The notes beneath the pieces are model-generated. The model was not told the origin of the DNA. It saw only the letters and a list, made by a program, of their open reading frames with translations, and made no database searches. Shown piece after piece: positions 47,645-57,809 of a DNA stretch of 64,000 bases. The stretch comes from Spirochaetia bacterium (GTDB lineage Bacteria; Spirochaetota; Spirochaetia; SZUA-6; Bin103). Within the stretch, counting starts at the first letter, position 1, and every line of letters starts with the position of its first letter. A program made the position numbers and the translations under genes. The stretch lies in NCBI GenBank assembly GCA_965208575.1, contig CBDBOV010000006.1, forward strand, positions 160,001 to 224,000, given 5' to 3'.

Positions 47645-49294
47645 ATGAGCGCTGCTGTGGTGACGCGACCGGTCGCTAGCGAACGCGGCAAAGCCGCGGC
47701 GTTCGACGAAACGTTCGACGTACTCATCGTCGGGGCGGGGGCGTCGGGCTTGTACATGCTGTACCGGATGCGGCGGCTCGGGCTGTCGGTGCGGGTGCTG
47801 GAGGCGGGCGGCGGCGTGGGCGGCACCTGGTACTGGAACCGCTACCCGGGCGCCCGCTGCGACACCGACACGCTGGAGTACTCGTACAGCTTCTGCGAGG
47901 AGTTGCAGCAGGAGTGGGAGTGGCCGGAGCGCTACCCCACCCAGCCCGAGATCCTGCGCTACCTGGAGCACGTCGCCGACCGCTTCCGGCTGCGCTCCGA
48001 CATCTCCTTCAACACGCGGGTGGCGGCGGCCGCGTGGGACGAAGCGGAGTGCCGCTGGCGGGTACGGACCGAGCGGGGGCACACGCTGTCGGCGCAGTTC
48101 CTGGTCATGGCCACCGGCTGCCTGTCGGTGCCGATCACCGCGCCGATCGCCGGGACCGACTCGTTCGCCGGCCCCACCTACCACACCGGGCGCTGGCCGC
48201 ACGCGGGCGTGGACTTCACCGGACAGCGGGTCGGTATCATCGGCACCGGCTCGTCGGCGGTGCAGTCGATCCCCGTGATCGCCGAGCAGGCGCGCAGGCT
48301 GGTGGTGTTCCAGCGCACCGCCCAGTACTCGGTGCCGGCGCGCAACCAGCCGGTCGACCCCGAGCTGGTGGCCGAGATCAAGTCCGACTACGCCGGCTTC
48401 CGCGCCCGCAACCGGCGCATGCACAGCGGCCAGCTCTCGCACCGGCCCTTCAACGACATCTCGGCACTCTCCGTGGATGCCGCGGAGCGTGAACGCATCT
48501 TCGAGCAGCGCTGGCAGGAGGGCGGGTTCCTGTTCTTCGGCAGCTTCAACGACCTCATGGTCAACGAGGAAGCCAACGCCGCGGCGGCGGAGTTCGTGCG
48601 CCGCAAGATCCGTGCCACCGTGCGCGACCCGGCGGTCGCCGAGTTGCTGTGCCCGACCCACACCATCGCCTGCAAACGCCCGGTGCTGGACAGCGGCTAC
48701 TTCGAGGCGTTCAACCGCCGCAACGTGCTGCTGGTCGACGTCCACGCGGCCCCGATCCGGGAGATCACGCCGACCGGCGTGCGCACCGCGAACGCGCACT
48801 ACGAACTGGACTGCATCATCTTCGCCACCGGGTTTGACGGCATGACCGGCGCGCTGACGGCGATCGACCTGCGCGGGCGCGGCGGGGTGAGGCTGCGCGA
48901 CGAGTGGGAGGCCGGGCCGCGCAACTACCTCGGCCTGGCCGTGCCGGGATTCCCCAACCTGTTCACCATCACCGGCCCCGGCAGCCCGTCGGTGCTGACC
49001 AACATGATGGTGGCGATCGAGCAGCACGTGGAGTGGGTGGCGGAGTGCATCGGCCGCCTGCGCGAGCGGGGGATCGATTGCATCGAGGCGAAGCCGGCAG
49101 CAGCGGACGGGTGGGTGGAGCACGTCAACGAGGTGGCCGGGCGTACGCTCTACCCGACCTGCAACTCCTGGTACCTCGGCGCAAACATCCCCGGCAAGCC
49201 GCGCGTGTTCATGCCCCTGCCGGGGTTTCCCGCGTACGCGGACAAGTGCGAGGAAGTGGCGGCGAACGGCTACGAAGGGTTCGAACTTACCTGA
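47645..49294 (+). CDS. Baeyer-Villiger monooxygenase (type I BVMO)
   Basis: GAGASG, GGTWYWNRYPGARCD, fingerprint FAGPTYHTGRWP, GTGSSA, ATGF. Confidence 0.95.
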   Translation: MSAAVVTRPVASERGKAAAFDETFDVLIVGAGASGLYMLYRMRRLGLSVRVLEAGGGVGGTWYWNRYPGARCDTDTLEYSYSFCEELQQEWEWPERYPTQPEILRYLEHVADRFRLRSDISFNTRVAAAAWDEAECRWRVRTERGHTLSAQFLVMATGCLSVPITAPIAGTDSFAGPTYHTGRWPHAGVDFTGQRVGIIGTGSSAVQSIPVIAEQARRLVVFQRTAQYSVPARNQPVDPELVAEIKSDYAGFRARNRRMHSGQLSHRPFNDISALSVDAAERERIFEQRWQEGGFLFFGSFNDLMVNEEANAAAAEFVRRKIRATVRDPAVAELLCPTHTIACKRPVLDSGYFEAFNRRNVLLVDVHAAPIREITPTGVRTANAHYELDCIIFATGFDGMTGALTAIDLRGRGGVRLRDEWEAGPRNYLGLAVPGFPNLFTITGPGSPSVLTNMMVAIEQHVEWVAECIGRLRERGIDCIEAKPAAADGWVEHVNEVAGRTLYPTCNSWYLGANIPGKPRVFMPLPGFPAYADKCEEVAANGYEGFELT

Positions 49295-49339
49295 AACAGC
49301 GTCCGGCGTGCGAGCCCGGTGCGCCGGTTCCGATGGCCG

Positions 49340-50395
49340 TCAGCGCGACGGGCCTCCTTGCCCACCGACCTGAGCGAGGCGCTGCAGGGCGGCGCCGGCC
49401 TCGGCGATCACGTCGCGCACCACCTGTCCGGCGGGCTTGACCTCGCGAATCAGGCCGGAACTCTGCCCGGCGGGCAGCACGCCGCGGTCGGTGTCGCCGC
49501 GGTGGCGGCCGAGCTCGGAGGCGGCGTGGCCGACGTGCAGCGCCTGCAGCGGGTAGGGCTCGATCTCGTCCTCGCGCGCCTCCCACGATTCGGTGAACTC
49601 GTTGCGGATCATCCGGCACGGCTTGCCGCTGTGCGCGCGCGTCACCACGGTGCCCGCCTCCGAGGTGGCCACGATCTTGCCCTTGTAGTTGCCGTGCGCG
49701 TGCGCCTCCGCGGACGCGACGAAGCGGGTGCCCATCCACACGCCCTGCGCGCCCAGCGCCAGCGCCGCCACCAGCGCACGCCCGTCGGCCAGCCCGCCGC
49801 CGGCCAGCACCGGCACGTCGACCGCGTCGGCGACCGCCGGAATCAGCACCGCGGTGCCGATGGTGCCCACGTGGCCGCCGCCGTCGCAGCCGGAGGCGAT
49901 CACGGCGTCTACCCCTCCCGCCACCGCCTTGACCGCGTGGCGTACCGCGCCCACCACCGACATCACGAAGATGCCGCGCGCATGCGCCTCCGGAACCGCC
50001 GCCGCCGGGCTGCCGAGCCCGGAAATCAGCACCGGCACCCGCTCCTCCAGCACCACCTGCACCATCTCCTGCACCGCGTCGGTGTAGCGCGCCGCCTCGC
50101 TACCGGTGGCGCGCACGGTCGCGAACAGGATGTCCACCCCGAACGGCTTGTCGGTCAGCTCCCGGGTCGCCGCGATCTGGCGCCGCAACTCGTCTGCCGC
50201 CATGTCGGTGCCGGCGCCGATCACGCCGAGCCCGCCCGCCTCCGACACCGCCGCCGCCAGCTCGGCGCGGGCCACCCACCCCATCCCGGCCTGAAACACC
50301 GGATACTCGATCCCGATCCGCTCGCAGACCGGCGTACGTAGCGCGAGCGTCACAGGAGTGGTCAGATGTTCCGAGCGAGTGTTCAGAGTATTCAT
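49340..50395 (-). CDS. Nitronate monooxygenase/FabK-like flavoprotein
   Basis: PVFQAGMG, AAVSEAGGLG, GGGH, LAGGGLADGR, MGTRF, AGQSSGLI. Confidence 0.9.
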   Translation of the reverse strand: MNTLNTRSEHLTTPVTLALRTPVCERIGIEYPVFQAGMGWVARAELAAAVSEAGGLGVIGAGTDMAADELRRQIAATRELTDKPFGVDILFATVRATGSEAARYTDAVQEMVQVVLEERVPVLISGLGSPAAAVPEAHARGIFVMSVVGAVRHAVKAVAGGVDAVIASGCDGGGHVGTIGTAVLIPAVADAVDVPVLAGGGLADGRALVAALALGAQGVWMGTRFVASAEAHAHGNYKGKIVATSEAGTVVTRAHSGKPCRMIRNEFTESWEAREDEIEPYPLQALHVGHAASELGRHRGDTDRGVLPAGQSSGLIREVKPAGQVVRDVIAEAGAALQRLAQVGGQGGPSR

Positions 50396-50463
50396 TGGTG
50401 GTAGTTCACGAGCCTACAACAGCCCGACGCGCACTGCAATTCGGCTACCGCGGCTCCCACGCC

Positions 50464-50973
50464 TCACGAGCCACCCTGCACAGCAGCGTGCAATTCAGAG
50501 ATGCGCAGGATCAACATGAGCGGCTCGTGTTCCGAGAACGGACGGAACCCCCAACGCTGGTAGAATTCCGCCGCTCGATCGCCCAGCGCCTGGACGATGA
50601 TGGCACGTGCTCCGATCACCCCGGCGGCGGCCACCGATCTCTTCGCGGCATCGACCAGCAGATCGGATCCCAGCCCCACTCCCTGATACGCCTCGTCTAC
50701 GGCAAGCTGTCCCAACAGGATCACGGGGATCGGCTCAGGCATGCTCCGACCGACTCGGGACGACACCCTGCGTCGTTCCACGGAACTGGCCGCCAGACTG
50801 TAGAAGGCCACCACGCGGTCTCCTTCACACACGACGTACGTCCTGGCGCCGCCCTTGGCCTCGTTGAGCCGAGCCTTTCGCTGCAGCCAGGTATTGAGGC
50901 TGGCGACTCCGCAGTCGAAATGCGATGCGTCGTGACCAGGACTCAGCGGCTGGGGAGCGGTCAGCGCTCCCAC
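50464..50973 (-). CDS. GNAT acetyltransferase toxin
   Basis: FDCGVASLNTWL, PIPVILLGQLAVD..QGVGLGSDLL, FYQRWGF. Confidence 0.92.
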   Translation of the reverse strand: MGALTAPQPLSPGHDASHFDCGVASLNTWLQRKARLNEAKGGARTYVVCEGDRVVAFYSLAASSVERRRVSSRVGRSMPEPIPVILLGQLAVDEAYQGVGLGSDLLVDAAKRSVAAAGVIGARAIIVQALGDRAAEFYQRWGFRPFSEHEPLMLILRISELHAAVQGGS

Positions 50974-51218
50974 TGCGGGCGGCGCCCAAACAGTTCCTGC
51001 AGGCGGTCGTTCGGCTCCACCGGCGCATTGAGCGCACCGACGAACGCGGCGTACGCTTCATCGCCGAGCGCGATAACCGGTCGCTCATTCAGCGCCTCGA
51101 TCGCCGCCGCCTCGCTCGAACGCAGCACGAACTCGGTCCGCGTGACCCCGCGGATCGCCGCCGCCCGATCGATCAGCGCCAAGCGCTCATCTCTCATCCT
51201 GAAATTTACCTGAGCCAT
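50961..51218 (-). CDS. DUF1778 RHH antitoxin
   Basis: VNFRM..LIDRAA..TRTEFVL..FVGALNAP; overlaps GNAT; TTGACA/TACAAT promoter upstream. Confidence 0.92.
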   Translation of the reverse strand: MAQVNFRMRDERLALIDRAAAIRGVTRTEFVLRSSEAAAIEALNERPVIALGDEAYAAFVGALNAPVEPNDRLQELFGRRPQWER

Positions 51219-51335
51219 CGGTTGCCATTGTATACCGTACGTATAGACGCTCTGTCAACAGGGGCACGGTTCCGATTGCACCGGCTCTGAACGGCACAGT
51301 ATGATGTGGCACACAGAGGTTGTGTGACTGTGAGA

Positions 51336-51599
51336 ATGAAGAACATTACCGTATCGGTCGACGAGGAGACCTATCGCCGCTCCCGCATCAAGGCGGCAGA
51401 GATCGGTACGTCGGTTTCGGCCCTGGTCCGTGCCTACCTGACGGATCTGGTCGAACATGGGGCTCCCGAGAGCAGATTCGACCGGTTGCGCCGTCTTCAG
51501 GACGAGACCCTGGAGGCTATCCGATCCCGCGGCGGCGGACTGCGCGCCGCCGACAACCTGCCGCGCGATGCGCTGCACCAGCGCGATGCGCTTCGTTGA
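51336..51599 (+). CDS. RHH-type antitoxin (VapB-like)
   Basis: MKNITVSVDEETYRRSRIKAAEIGTSVSALVR..RDALH; overlaps PIN gene. Confidence 0.85.
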   Translation: MKNITVSVDEETYRRSRIKAAEIGTSVSALVRAYLTDLVEHGAPESRFDRLRRLQDETLEAIRSRGGGLRAADNLPRDALHQRDALR

Positions 51600-52005
51600 C
51601 ACCAACGTCCTGATCTACGCGGTCAGCACCGCGGACGAGGAGGCAGCGAAGCGGGGCCAGGCCCTGAACGTGTTGTCCGCGCGCGACCTCGCTTTGTCCG
51701 TGCAAGTGCTGCAGGAATTCTACGTACAGTCGACCCGCGAGTCGCGGCCCGGTGCGCTGTCACACCAGGAAGCGATCAGCTTCGTCGAGTCCCTGCAGCG
51801 CTTTCGCGTGCAGGCAGTCTCCATGCGGGTGCTGCGTTCGGCATTCGCCATCCGCGAGCGGTTCCGGCTCTCCTATTGGGACAGCGCCATTCTCGCGGCC
51901 GCGCGCACCTGCGGCTGCGACGCGATCTATTCCGAAGACCTCAACCCCGACCAGGACTACGACGGCGTGCGGGTAATCAACCCCTTCGCCGCGACCAGTG
52001 ACTGA
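51586..52005 (+). CDS. vapC: PIN domain toxin
   Basis: FVDTNVLIYA, SVQVLQEFY, LSYWDSAI, YSEDL, INPF. Confidence 0.92.
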   Translation: MRFVDTNVLIYAVSTADEEAAKRGQALNVLSARDLALSVQVLQEFYVQSTRESRPGALSHQEAISFVESLQRFRVQAVSMRVLRSAFAIRERFRLSYWDSAILAAARTCGCDAIYSEDLNPDQDYDGVRVINPFAATSD

Positions 52006-52082
52006 CGAACACCTCGGCGATCGAGACAGGATGCCATTTCATTCGACGGCGGTTGCCGCCGGACCTTCCTGAGTAACCGAGC

Positions 52083-53828
52083 ATGGCACCAAAGTCCGGC
52101 ACCGGCTTGGCCCGTTACGCAACCCTCCTCCGCATCCACACGCGGGGGCGGCGGGGGATGTTTGCCGTGGTGGTTGCCGCGCTGGTGGCCGGGGCGGGGA
52201 TGCAGGTGGCAAGTCCGCTGGTGGTGCGGGCGTTCCTGGACCTGGCGCGCACCGGTGCCGCGGTCGAGCAACTGGTGGGGGTGGCGGCGCTGTTCGTCGC
52301 GGTGGCCGTGGCCGGCTCGGCGCTGGAGGTCGTGCGCTCCCACGCCGGCGCGGCGCTGGCCTGGCACGCGATGAACGCCCTGCGGCATCGCCTGTTCCGC
52401 CACGTCATCGATCTCGGCCATTCGTTCTTTGCGCGTACGGCTCCCGGCACCTTGCTGGAACGCGTCGACGGCGACGTCGCGAAGCTCGGCCGCCTGCTGT
52501 CGGATCTGCTGCCGGAGCTGGCCGCCAACCTGCTGATGACCGCCGGCATCGTGGTCGTCCTGCTGTTCGAGGACTGGCGCGTCGGCGCCGCGGTAGCGGC
52601 GTTCGCGGTGGTGGGCCTGGTGGTCGTGGACCGCGTCCGCGCTCTCGGCGTGCCGCGCTTCGTGCGCAGCCGGGCGGCGTCCGCCGCGTTCTTCGGACGC
52701 CTGAGCGAGTGGCTCGCCGCCGCGGAGGAGCTGCGGCCGCTCGGCGGGCAGCGCTACCTCCGGGCCAGCTTCGAGCGCGTGCTCGCGCACTGGCTGCCGC
52801 GCGAAGTGGCCGCCGAGATCGCCGGCCACGCGCTGTCCCTGGCCAACACGCTGGTGTTCATCGGCGGCATGGCGGTGGGGCTGAGCGTGTCGGCAGGTCT
52901 CTACCGGGCCGGGTTGCTGACCCTCGGCACGGTGTGGCTGGTGTACCGCTACAGCGAGCTGATCCGCGGGCCGCTTACCGCGTTGCGGGCCGAGATGCAG
53001 CAGCTTCAACAGGCGCAGGCGGCCCTGATCCGCATCGACGATCTGCTGGCGGAGACGGGCGCGGCGCACGCCGGCACGGCCCGCCTGCCCGCCGGAGCCT
53101 GCTCGCTGGCGTTCGACCGCGTCCGCTTCCGCTACGTCGACGGCGCCCCGGTGCTCCGCGACGCCAGCTTCGCCGTGTCCGAGGGAACCGTGCTCGGGCT
53201 GATCGGCAGCACCGGCAGCGGCAAGTCGACCATCACCCGGCTCCTGTCGCGGATGATCGAATTGCAGGAGGGAGACATTCGCCTCGGCGGGGTCTCGGTG
53301 CGCGACCTGGCCGCCGGGCACCTTCGCCACCGGGTCGCCGTGCTGCCGCAGGAGGCCGAGATCATACCGGGCAGCGTGCGCGACAACGCCACCCTGTTCG
53401 ACGACTCCGTGCCCGCGGAGGCGGTGGCGGACGCCTTCCGGCGTCTCGGCGCCGGCGCCTGGTTGCAGCAGCTCGCGGGCGGAGTGGAGACGGCGGTCGG
53501 CCCCGGCTACCGGGAGCTGTCCTCCGGCGAACGGCAACTCGTCGCGATCTCCCGCATCCTCCTGCGCGAGCCGAGCGTCGTGATCCTGGACGAGCCGGCG
53601 GCGCGCATCGACCCTGCCACGGAGGCGCTGGTCCGCGGCGCCCTGGCGCAGCTCCTGCGCGGGCGCACCGGGCTGGTCATCGCCCACCGCCGCACCACGC
53701 TCGACCTGGTGGATGAAATTGCGCTGCTGGAACGCGGCGCCATCGCGGAGCGCATCCCGCGAGCCGACCTTGAGGCCGGCGTGCCGAGCCGCATCCGGAC
53801 GTTCCTGGCGCAAGGGGAAACGGCGTGA
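52083..53828 (+). CDS. ABC exporter half (TMD+NBD)
   Basis: GSTGSGKST, LSSGERQL, ILDEP, IAHR. Confidence 0.92.
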   Translation: MAPKSGTGLARYATLLRIHTRGRRGMFAVVVAALVAGAGMQVASPLVVRAFLDLARTGAAVEQLVGVAALFVAVAVAGSALEVVRSHAGAALAWHAMNALRHRLFRHVIDLGHSFFARTAPGTLLERVDGDVAKLGRLLSDLLPELAANLLMTAGIVVVLLFEDWRVGAAVAAFAVVGLVVVDRVRALGVPRFVRSRAASAAFFGRLSEWLAAAEELRPLGGQRYLRASFERVLAHWLPREVAAEIAGHALSLANTLVFIGGMAVGLSVSAGLYRAGLLTLGTVWLVYRYSELIRGPLTALRAEMQQLQQAQAALIRIDDLLAETGAAHAGTARLPAGACSLAFDRVRFRYVDGAPVLRDASFAVSEGTVLGLIGSTGSGKSTITRLLSRMIELQEGDIRLGGVSVRDLAAGHLRHRVAVLPQEAEIIPGSVRDNATLFDDSVPAEAVADAFRRLGAGAWLQQLAGGVETAVGPGYRELSSGERQLVAISRILLREPSVVILDEPAARIDPATEALVRGALAQLLRGRTGLVIAHRRTTLDLVDEIALLERGAIAERIPRADLEAGVPSRIRTFLAQGETA

Positions 53829-55684
53829 ACGTCCTCGGCTACCTGCAGACCTTCGTCCGCGCCCGTCCCGGCGTCGTGGTGCTGAGCCTGGCGCTGTGGC
53901 TGGCGCAATCCCTGGCCGAGCTTGCTCCCGGACTGATCGTCAGGCGTTTCTTCGATGCCCTGCAGGAGCAGGCGTTCGACACCGCGACGCAATCGGTGCT
54001 GCTGCTCCTGGTGTTCGCCGCCGGGTTCGCCGGCATCGTGATGGCGACGGCGGTGGCGAGCGCGCGCCTCCGATTCCACGTCGGCAGTGCGCTGAGGCGC
54101 GGAATCCTGGCGGCGCTGCTGACCCGGCGGCCGGGCGCGGCACAGCCGTCGGTCGGCGCCGCGCTCGCTACCGCGCGCGACGACCCGCCCGCGCTGGCGG
54201 CGGTCGTGGCCACCGCGGTGGACCAGCTCAGCATCGTGATCTTCACCGTCGTCGCGCTGGCGGTGATGGCGCGGATTGATCTCCTGGTCACGGCGGTCGC
54301 CGTCGCTCCGGTCGCGGTCGTGCTGGTGGTGAGCCAGCTCACCCGCCGCCGCGTGCACCTGATGCGTACCAGGGCCCGTGAAGCAGCCGCCGACGCCACG
54401 GGATTCATGGTCGACGCATTGACCGCATGGCAGACGATTCAACTCGGCGGCGCAGCGGACGCCGCTGCCGGGAGGCTGGCCCGGCTCGACGCGGAGCGCG
54501 GCAGTAGGGCGGTACGGGACCAACTGCTCGACCGTTCGATCCGGGCCGCGTTCGCCGCTACCTCGACCATCGGCAGCGGGCTGGTGCTCGCCGTCGCCGG
54601 CGGCGCCATGCGCACTGGCGACTTCTCGGTCGGCGACTTCGCGCTGTTCGCCTACTACCTCACCTTCCTGGGGGAGTTCTCGGCCGAGTTCGGCGGCCTG
54701 CTGCTGCAGTACCGCCAGGCACGAGTCTCGTGGCGCCGGATCGGCACGCTCAGCGGCGTGACGGGACGCGGGCACTGGCGACAGACCGCACGTCCCTCAC
54801 GCGCCGACGAGCCGGCCCCGGTGAGTGTGAGCGGCGAAGGCAGTCCAACCGACGGCACCCGCAGCCGCGGGTCGGCGACGACCTCGGAACACGGCGGCCC
54901 GGTAGCCGGCCTGGAACCGCTACGAGTGCTGCAGCTCACGGACCTGCGCGTGCGGGACAGAGCAGCCGGCGCCGCGACCGCTCGGCACACACCCGCCCCG
55001 CCGGCCGGGAACGCCATCAACCTGGCCCTGCGCGCCGGCGAGATGGTAGCGGTGACCGGACGCGTGGGCTCCGGCAAGACGACGCTGCTCAAGGCCCTCG
55101 TGGGACTGACGCCGCCGGACGGCGGTGCGATCCTGTGGAACGGCGCAGCGGTGCGCGACCCCGCCACCTGGTTCCGGCACCCGGTCTGCACCTACGTCCC
55201 GCAGGAGCCGCACCTGTTCAGTGTCTCCATCCACGAGAACGTCGCGCTGGAAGCCGGCCTCGACACTGACGAGAGAGCGGAAGCGGTCGATGCCGCGTTA
55301 CGGGCCGCCGCCATGGCGCACGACGTGGCGAACCTGCAGCACGGCCTCGCCACGGTGGTCGGCACCGCGGGATCGAAGCTGTCCGGCGGCCAGCGCCAGC
55401 GGCTGGCCTCGGCGCGTGCGATCTTTCGCAGTGCCCCGCTGATCGTGCTGGACGACCCGTGCAGTGCCCTCGACCCCGCCACCGAGCAGGAATACCTCCG
55501 TCACGTCCGCCACCTGGCCCGCGCAGGCGCTCTGTGCGTGGTCAGCGGCACCGGCAAGGCCGTGCTCCAGGCCGCCGACCGCATCGTGGTGCTGCGCGAC
55601 GGCAGGCTAGCCGCAACCGGCACACTCCCGGAGTTGCTCGCCGACGACAGCGAGTTCCCCCTGCTGTGGGATGCGTTGAAATGA
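53825..55684 (+). CDS. ABC exporter half (TMD+NBD), heterodimer partner
   Basis: GRVGSGKTT, LSGGQRQR, LDDPCSALD; GTGA overlap. Confidence 0.9.
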   Translation: MNVLGYLQTFVRARPGVVVLSLALWLAQSLAELAPGLIVRRFFDALQEQAFDTATQSVLLLLVFAAGFAGIVMATAVASARLRFHVGSALRRGILAALLTRRPGAAQPSVGAALATARDDPPALAAVVATAVDQLSIVIFTVVALAVMARIDLLVTAVAVAPVAVVLVVSQLTRRRVHLMRTRAREAAADATGFMVDALTAWQTIQLGGAADAAAGRLARLDAERGSRAVRDQLLDRSIRAAFAATSTIGSGLVLAVAGGAMRTGDFSVGDFALFAYYLTFLGEFSAEFGGLLLQYRQARVSWRRIGTLSGVTGRGHWRQTARPSRADEPAPVSVSGEGSPTDGTRSRGSATTSEHGGPVAGLEPLRVLQLTDLRVRDRAAGAATARHTPAPPAGNAINLALRAGEMVAVTGRVGSGKTTLLKALVGLTPPDGGAILWNGAAVRDPATWFRHPVCTYVPQEPHLFSVSIHENVALEAGLDTDERAEAVDAALRAAAMAHDVANLQHGLATVVGTAGSKLSGGQRQRLASARAIFRSAPLIVLDDPCSALDPATEQEYLRHVRHLARAGALCVVSGTGKAVLQAADRIVVLRDGRLAATGTLPELLADDSEFPLLWDALK

Positions 55685-55744
55685 CACGGCGGCGCGAGAC
55701 GCTCACCACTGTCGGAGCACGATGTAAGACGGTATCGTACCGGC

Positions 55745-55990
55745 ATGACAACGACCGTGTCTTCGAAGGGTCGGATCGTGTTGCCGGCCGATCTCCGCCG
55801 TCTGGATGGCATCGAGCCGGGCCACGAGTTCGAAGTCGAACGCCACGGTGCCGGCGTCTACCGCCTGACCCTGCGCAAACCGCCGAAGAACGACGGACTG
55901 GTAGACCTGCTGCTTTCCTGTCCCGTGAAAAGTTGGTACGTCAGGGTACCCTCGGAGTCCAGCGACCGCATCAACCCGCCCGAATGGTAG
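55745..55990 (+). CDS. AbrB/MazE/SpoVT family antitoxin
   Basis: MTTTVSSKGRIVLPADLRRLDGIEPG. Confidence 0.88.
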   Translation: MTTTVSSKGRIVLPADLRRLDGIEPGHEFEVERHGAGVYRLTLRKPPKNDGLVDLLLSCPVKSWYVRVPSESSDRINPPEW

Positions 55991-56039
55991 CGAGGATGGA
56001 GCGAATCCTGGTGGACGCCTGGCCAGTCCCGCTCCCGCC

Positions 56040-56513
56040 CTATTCCGGCGGGTCGGAAGACGGCGAGGCAGCGGCGCCGTCGGCGGCGGCAGCCGGGGGT
56101 CGAGGTTCGTCCGCCGGCTCGCTCGCCGCGGCCTGAATGTCGGTCTGCGAGAAGTCGCCGCCCTTGAACAGGAGTGGCGCCCCCAAGTGCTTGGCGAGGG
56201 CGTAGGCAAAGCAGTCGCCGTAGTTCAGCGCCGCGCCGTGACCCGTTCCCTTGCCGTACCTGCGGTATGCGTCGAAGGCGATGTCGGCGATTCGCGGCGT
56301 TACTTCCGTGACGATCATTCCGCTCTTCAGGAGAAAGGCATCGAGCGCCAGGACGGCGCTGTCACCGGATCGCGCGAACAGCACGATGCGGGTCTCCAGC
56401 AGACTCGCGGCGCTTACATACGCGGCGGCCGCCGCCTCGATCATTCGGTTGAACCGGTGCCGTTCAGGTTCATTGCCCATGATCGCTACGAGCGCCGAAG
56501 TGTCGACCACCAT
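56040..56513 (-). CDS. vapC: VapC PIN toxin
   Basis: MVVDTSALVAI, YGKG.H.A.LNYGDCFAYALA, LLFKGGDF. Confidence 0.93.
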   Translation of the reverse strand: MVVDTSALVAIMGNEPERHRFNRMIEAAAAAYVSAASLLETRIVLFARSGDSAVLALDAFLLKSGMIVTEVTPRIADIAFDAYRRYGKGTGHGAALNYGDCFAYALAKHLGAPLLFKGGDFSQTDIQAAASEPADEPRPPAAAADGAAASPSSDPPE

Positions 56514-56767
56514 CAGGACGGGAGACCGTCCTCATCGTAACCGATGATCTGTTCGGCGCTCCGCCGGTCGCGGCGCGGAAGGCTGGCACAATGCAGGGCG
56601 ATGTGGTCCAGTTCGTCGGCGACACGGCTCCCGGCTCGGCTTCTTTCTACCTGCTCCAGCCGTTCCTGGATGGCCCGCTTGACCGCCTTGGTGAGAGACT
56701 CGCCGGTCAGGCGGGCGAGCCGTTTGGCCAGTGCGTGGGTGTCGTCGTCCTTGATGTTCAACGGCAT
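56513..56767 (-). CDS. vapB: VapB antitoxin (Rv0623/PSK-like)
   Basis: LNIKD..LAKRLARLTGESLT.AV..GYDEDGLP. Confidence 0.92.
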   Translation of the reverse strand: MPLNIKDDDTHALAKRLARLTGESLTKAVKRAIQERLEQVERSRAGSRVADELDHIALHCASLPRRDRRSAEQIIGYDEDGLPS

Positions 56768-56895
56768 GGGCGGGTTCCTCCATGCATTAATCTATGGAGG
56801 AATGCAGGACACGATCAACCGTTGATCGGAACCGGATCGGTCCTGTCGTCCCGGTCGCGCGCGGCCGGTAAGATCGGCACTCTACGATGGCTACG

Positions 56896-57546
56896 ATGGC
56901 TCTGCGTGCACTGATATTCGACTTCGACGGGCTGATCGTCGATACCGAGACGCCCTGGCTCGAACTGGTGCGCGATGCGTACCGGTGCCACGGCCGAGAG
57001 CTTCCCGCCGAGGTGTGGCGGCAGTTCGTCGGTACTCACCGCCACCCGCTCGAGCACCTGCAGCAGGTCGTCGGTCCCGCGTTCGACATGGCCGCCGAGC
57101 GCGCGGCGCTGGTCGCCGGGGACACCCGCGACACGCTTCCCCCATGCGCCGGCGTGGGGGAACTCGTCGCGGCTGCGCGTGAGGCAGGACTGAGGCTGGG
57201 CGTGGCGTCGTCCTCGTCCCTCGACCGGGTAGATTCGGAGCTGCGGCGCCTGGAACTGCGGGACGCGTTCGACGCCGTGCGGTGCCGCGGAGAGAACTTG
57301 CGCAGCAAGCCGGCGCCGGACCTCTACCTGGCCGTGTTGAAGGATCTCGGCGTGTCCGCGTCGGAGGCCGTCGTGTTCGAGGACTCGCCCAACGGTACCC
57401 AGGCGGCCAGGGCTGCCGGGATCTACACCGTGGCGGTGCCGAACGACGTCACCCGCGGCTGGCCGTTCGATCACGCCGACCGCGTCATCGACTCGCTCGC
57501 CGGCGTGACCGTCCCGCGGGTGCGCCGCTGGCTGCTCGGCCCGTAG
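56896..57546 (+). CDS. HAD-superfamily hydrolase (beta-PGM-like)
   Basis: IFDFDGLIVDTE, VASSS, KPAPDLY, FEDSPNG. Confidence 0.93.
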   Translation: MALRALIFDFDGLIVDTETPWLELVRDAYRCHGRELPAEVWRQFVGTHRHPLEHLQQVVGPAFDMAAERAALVAGDTRDTLPPCAGVGELVAAAREAGLRLGVASSSSLDRVDSELRRLELRDAFDAVRCRGENLRSKPAPDLYLAVLKDLGVSASEAVVFEDSPNGTQAARAAGIYTVAVPNDVTRGWPFDHADRVIDSLAGVTVPRVRRWLLGP

Positions 57547-57809
57547 CAGCCCGTGCCGGAACCCGGCGCCGCACCGGGAGCGGCAAGGCACCCGGCCGGC
57601 AAGGCGACCGAGCACACCGGCCACGTGTGATCGGGAGCCACGCAGCCTGCCGGGCCGCACCGCATGCCATGCAGCCGGTTGTTCGCCACCGGCTGCGAGA
57701 GTCGACCACGCTGCCGCACCGGGCACCCTCGGGCGCCCATCCCGGCGTTGCTTCGCCGCGGCCGGAGTGGTAGGATCGGCTCGTTCAATCCCAACAGGAG
57801 GAATCGATT

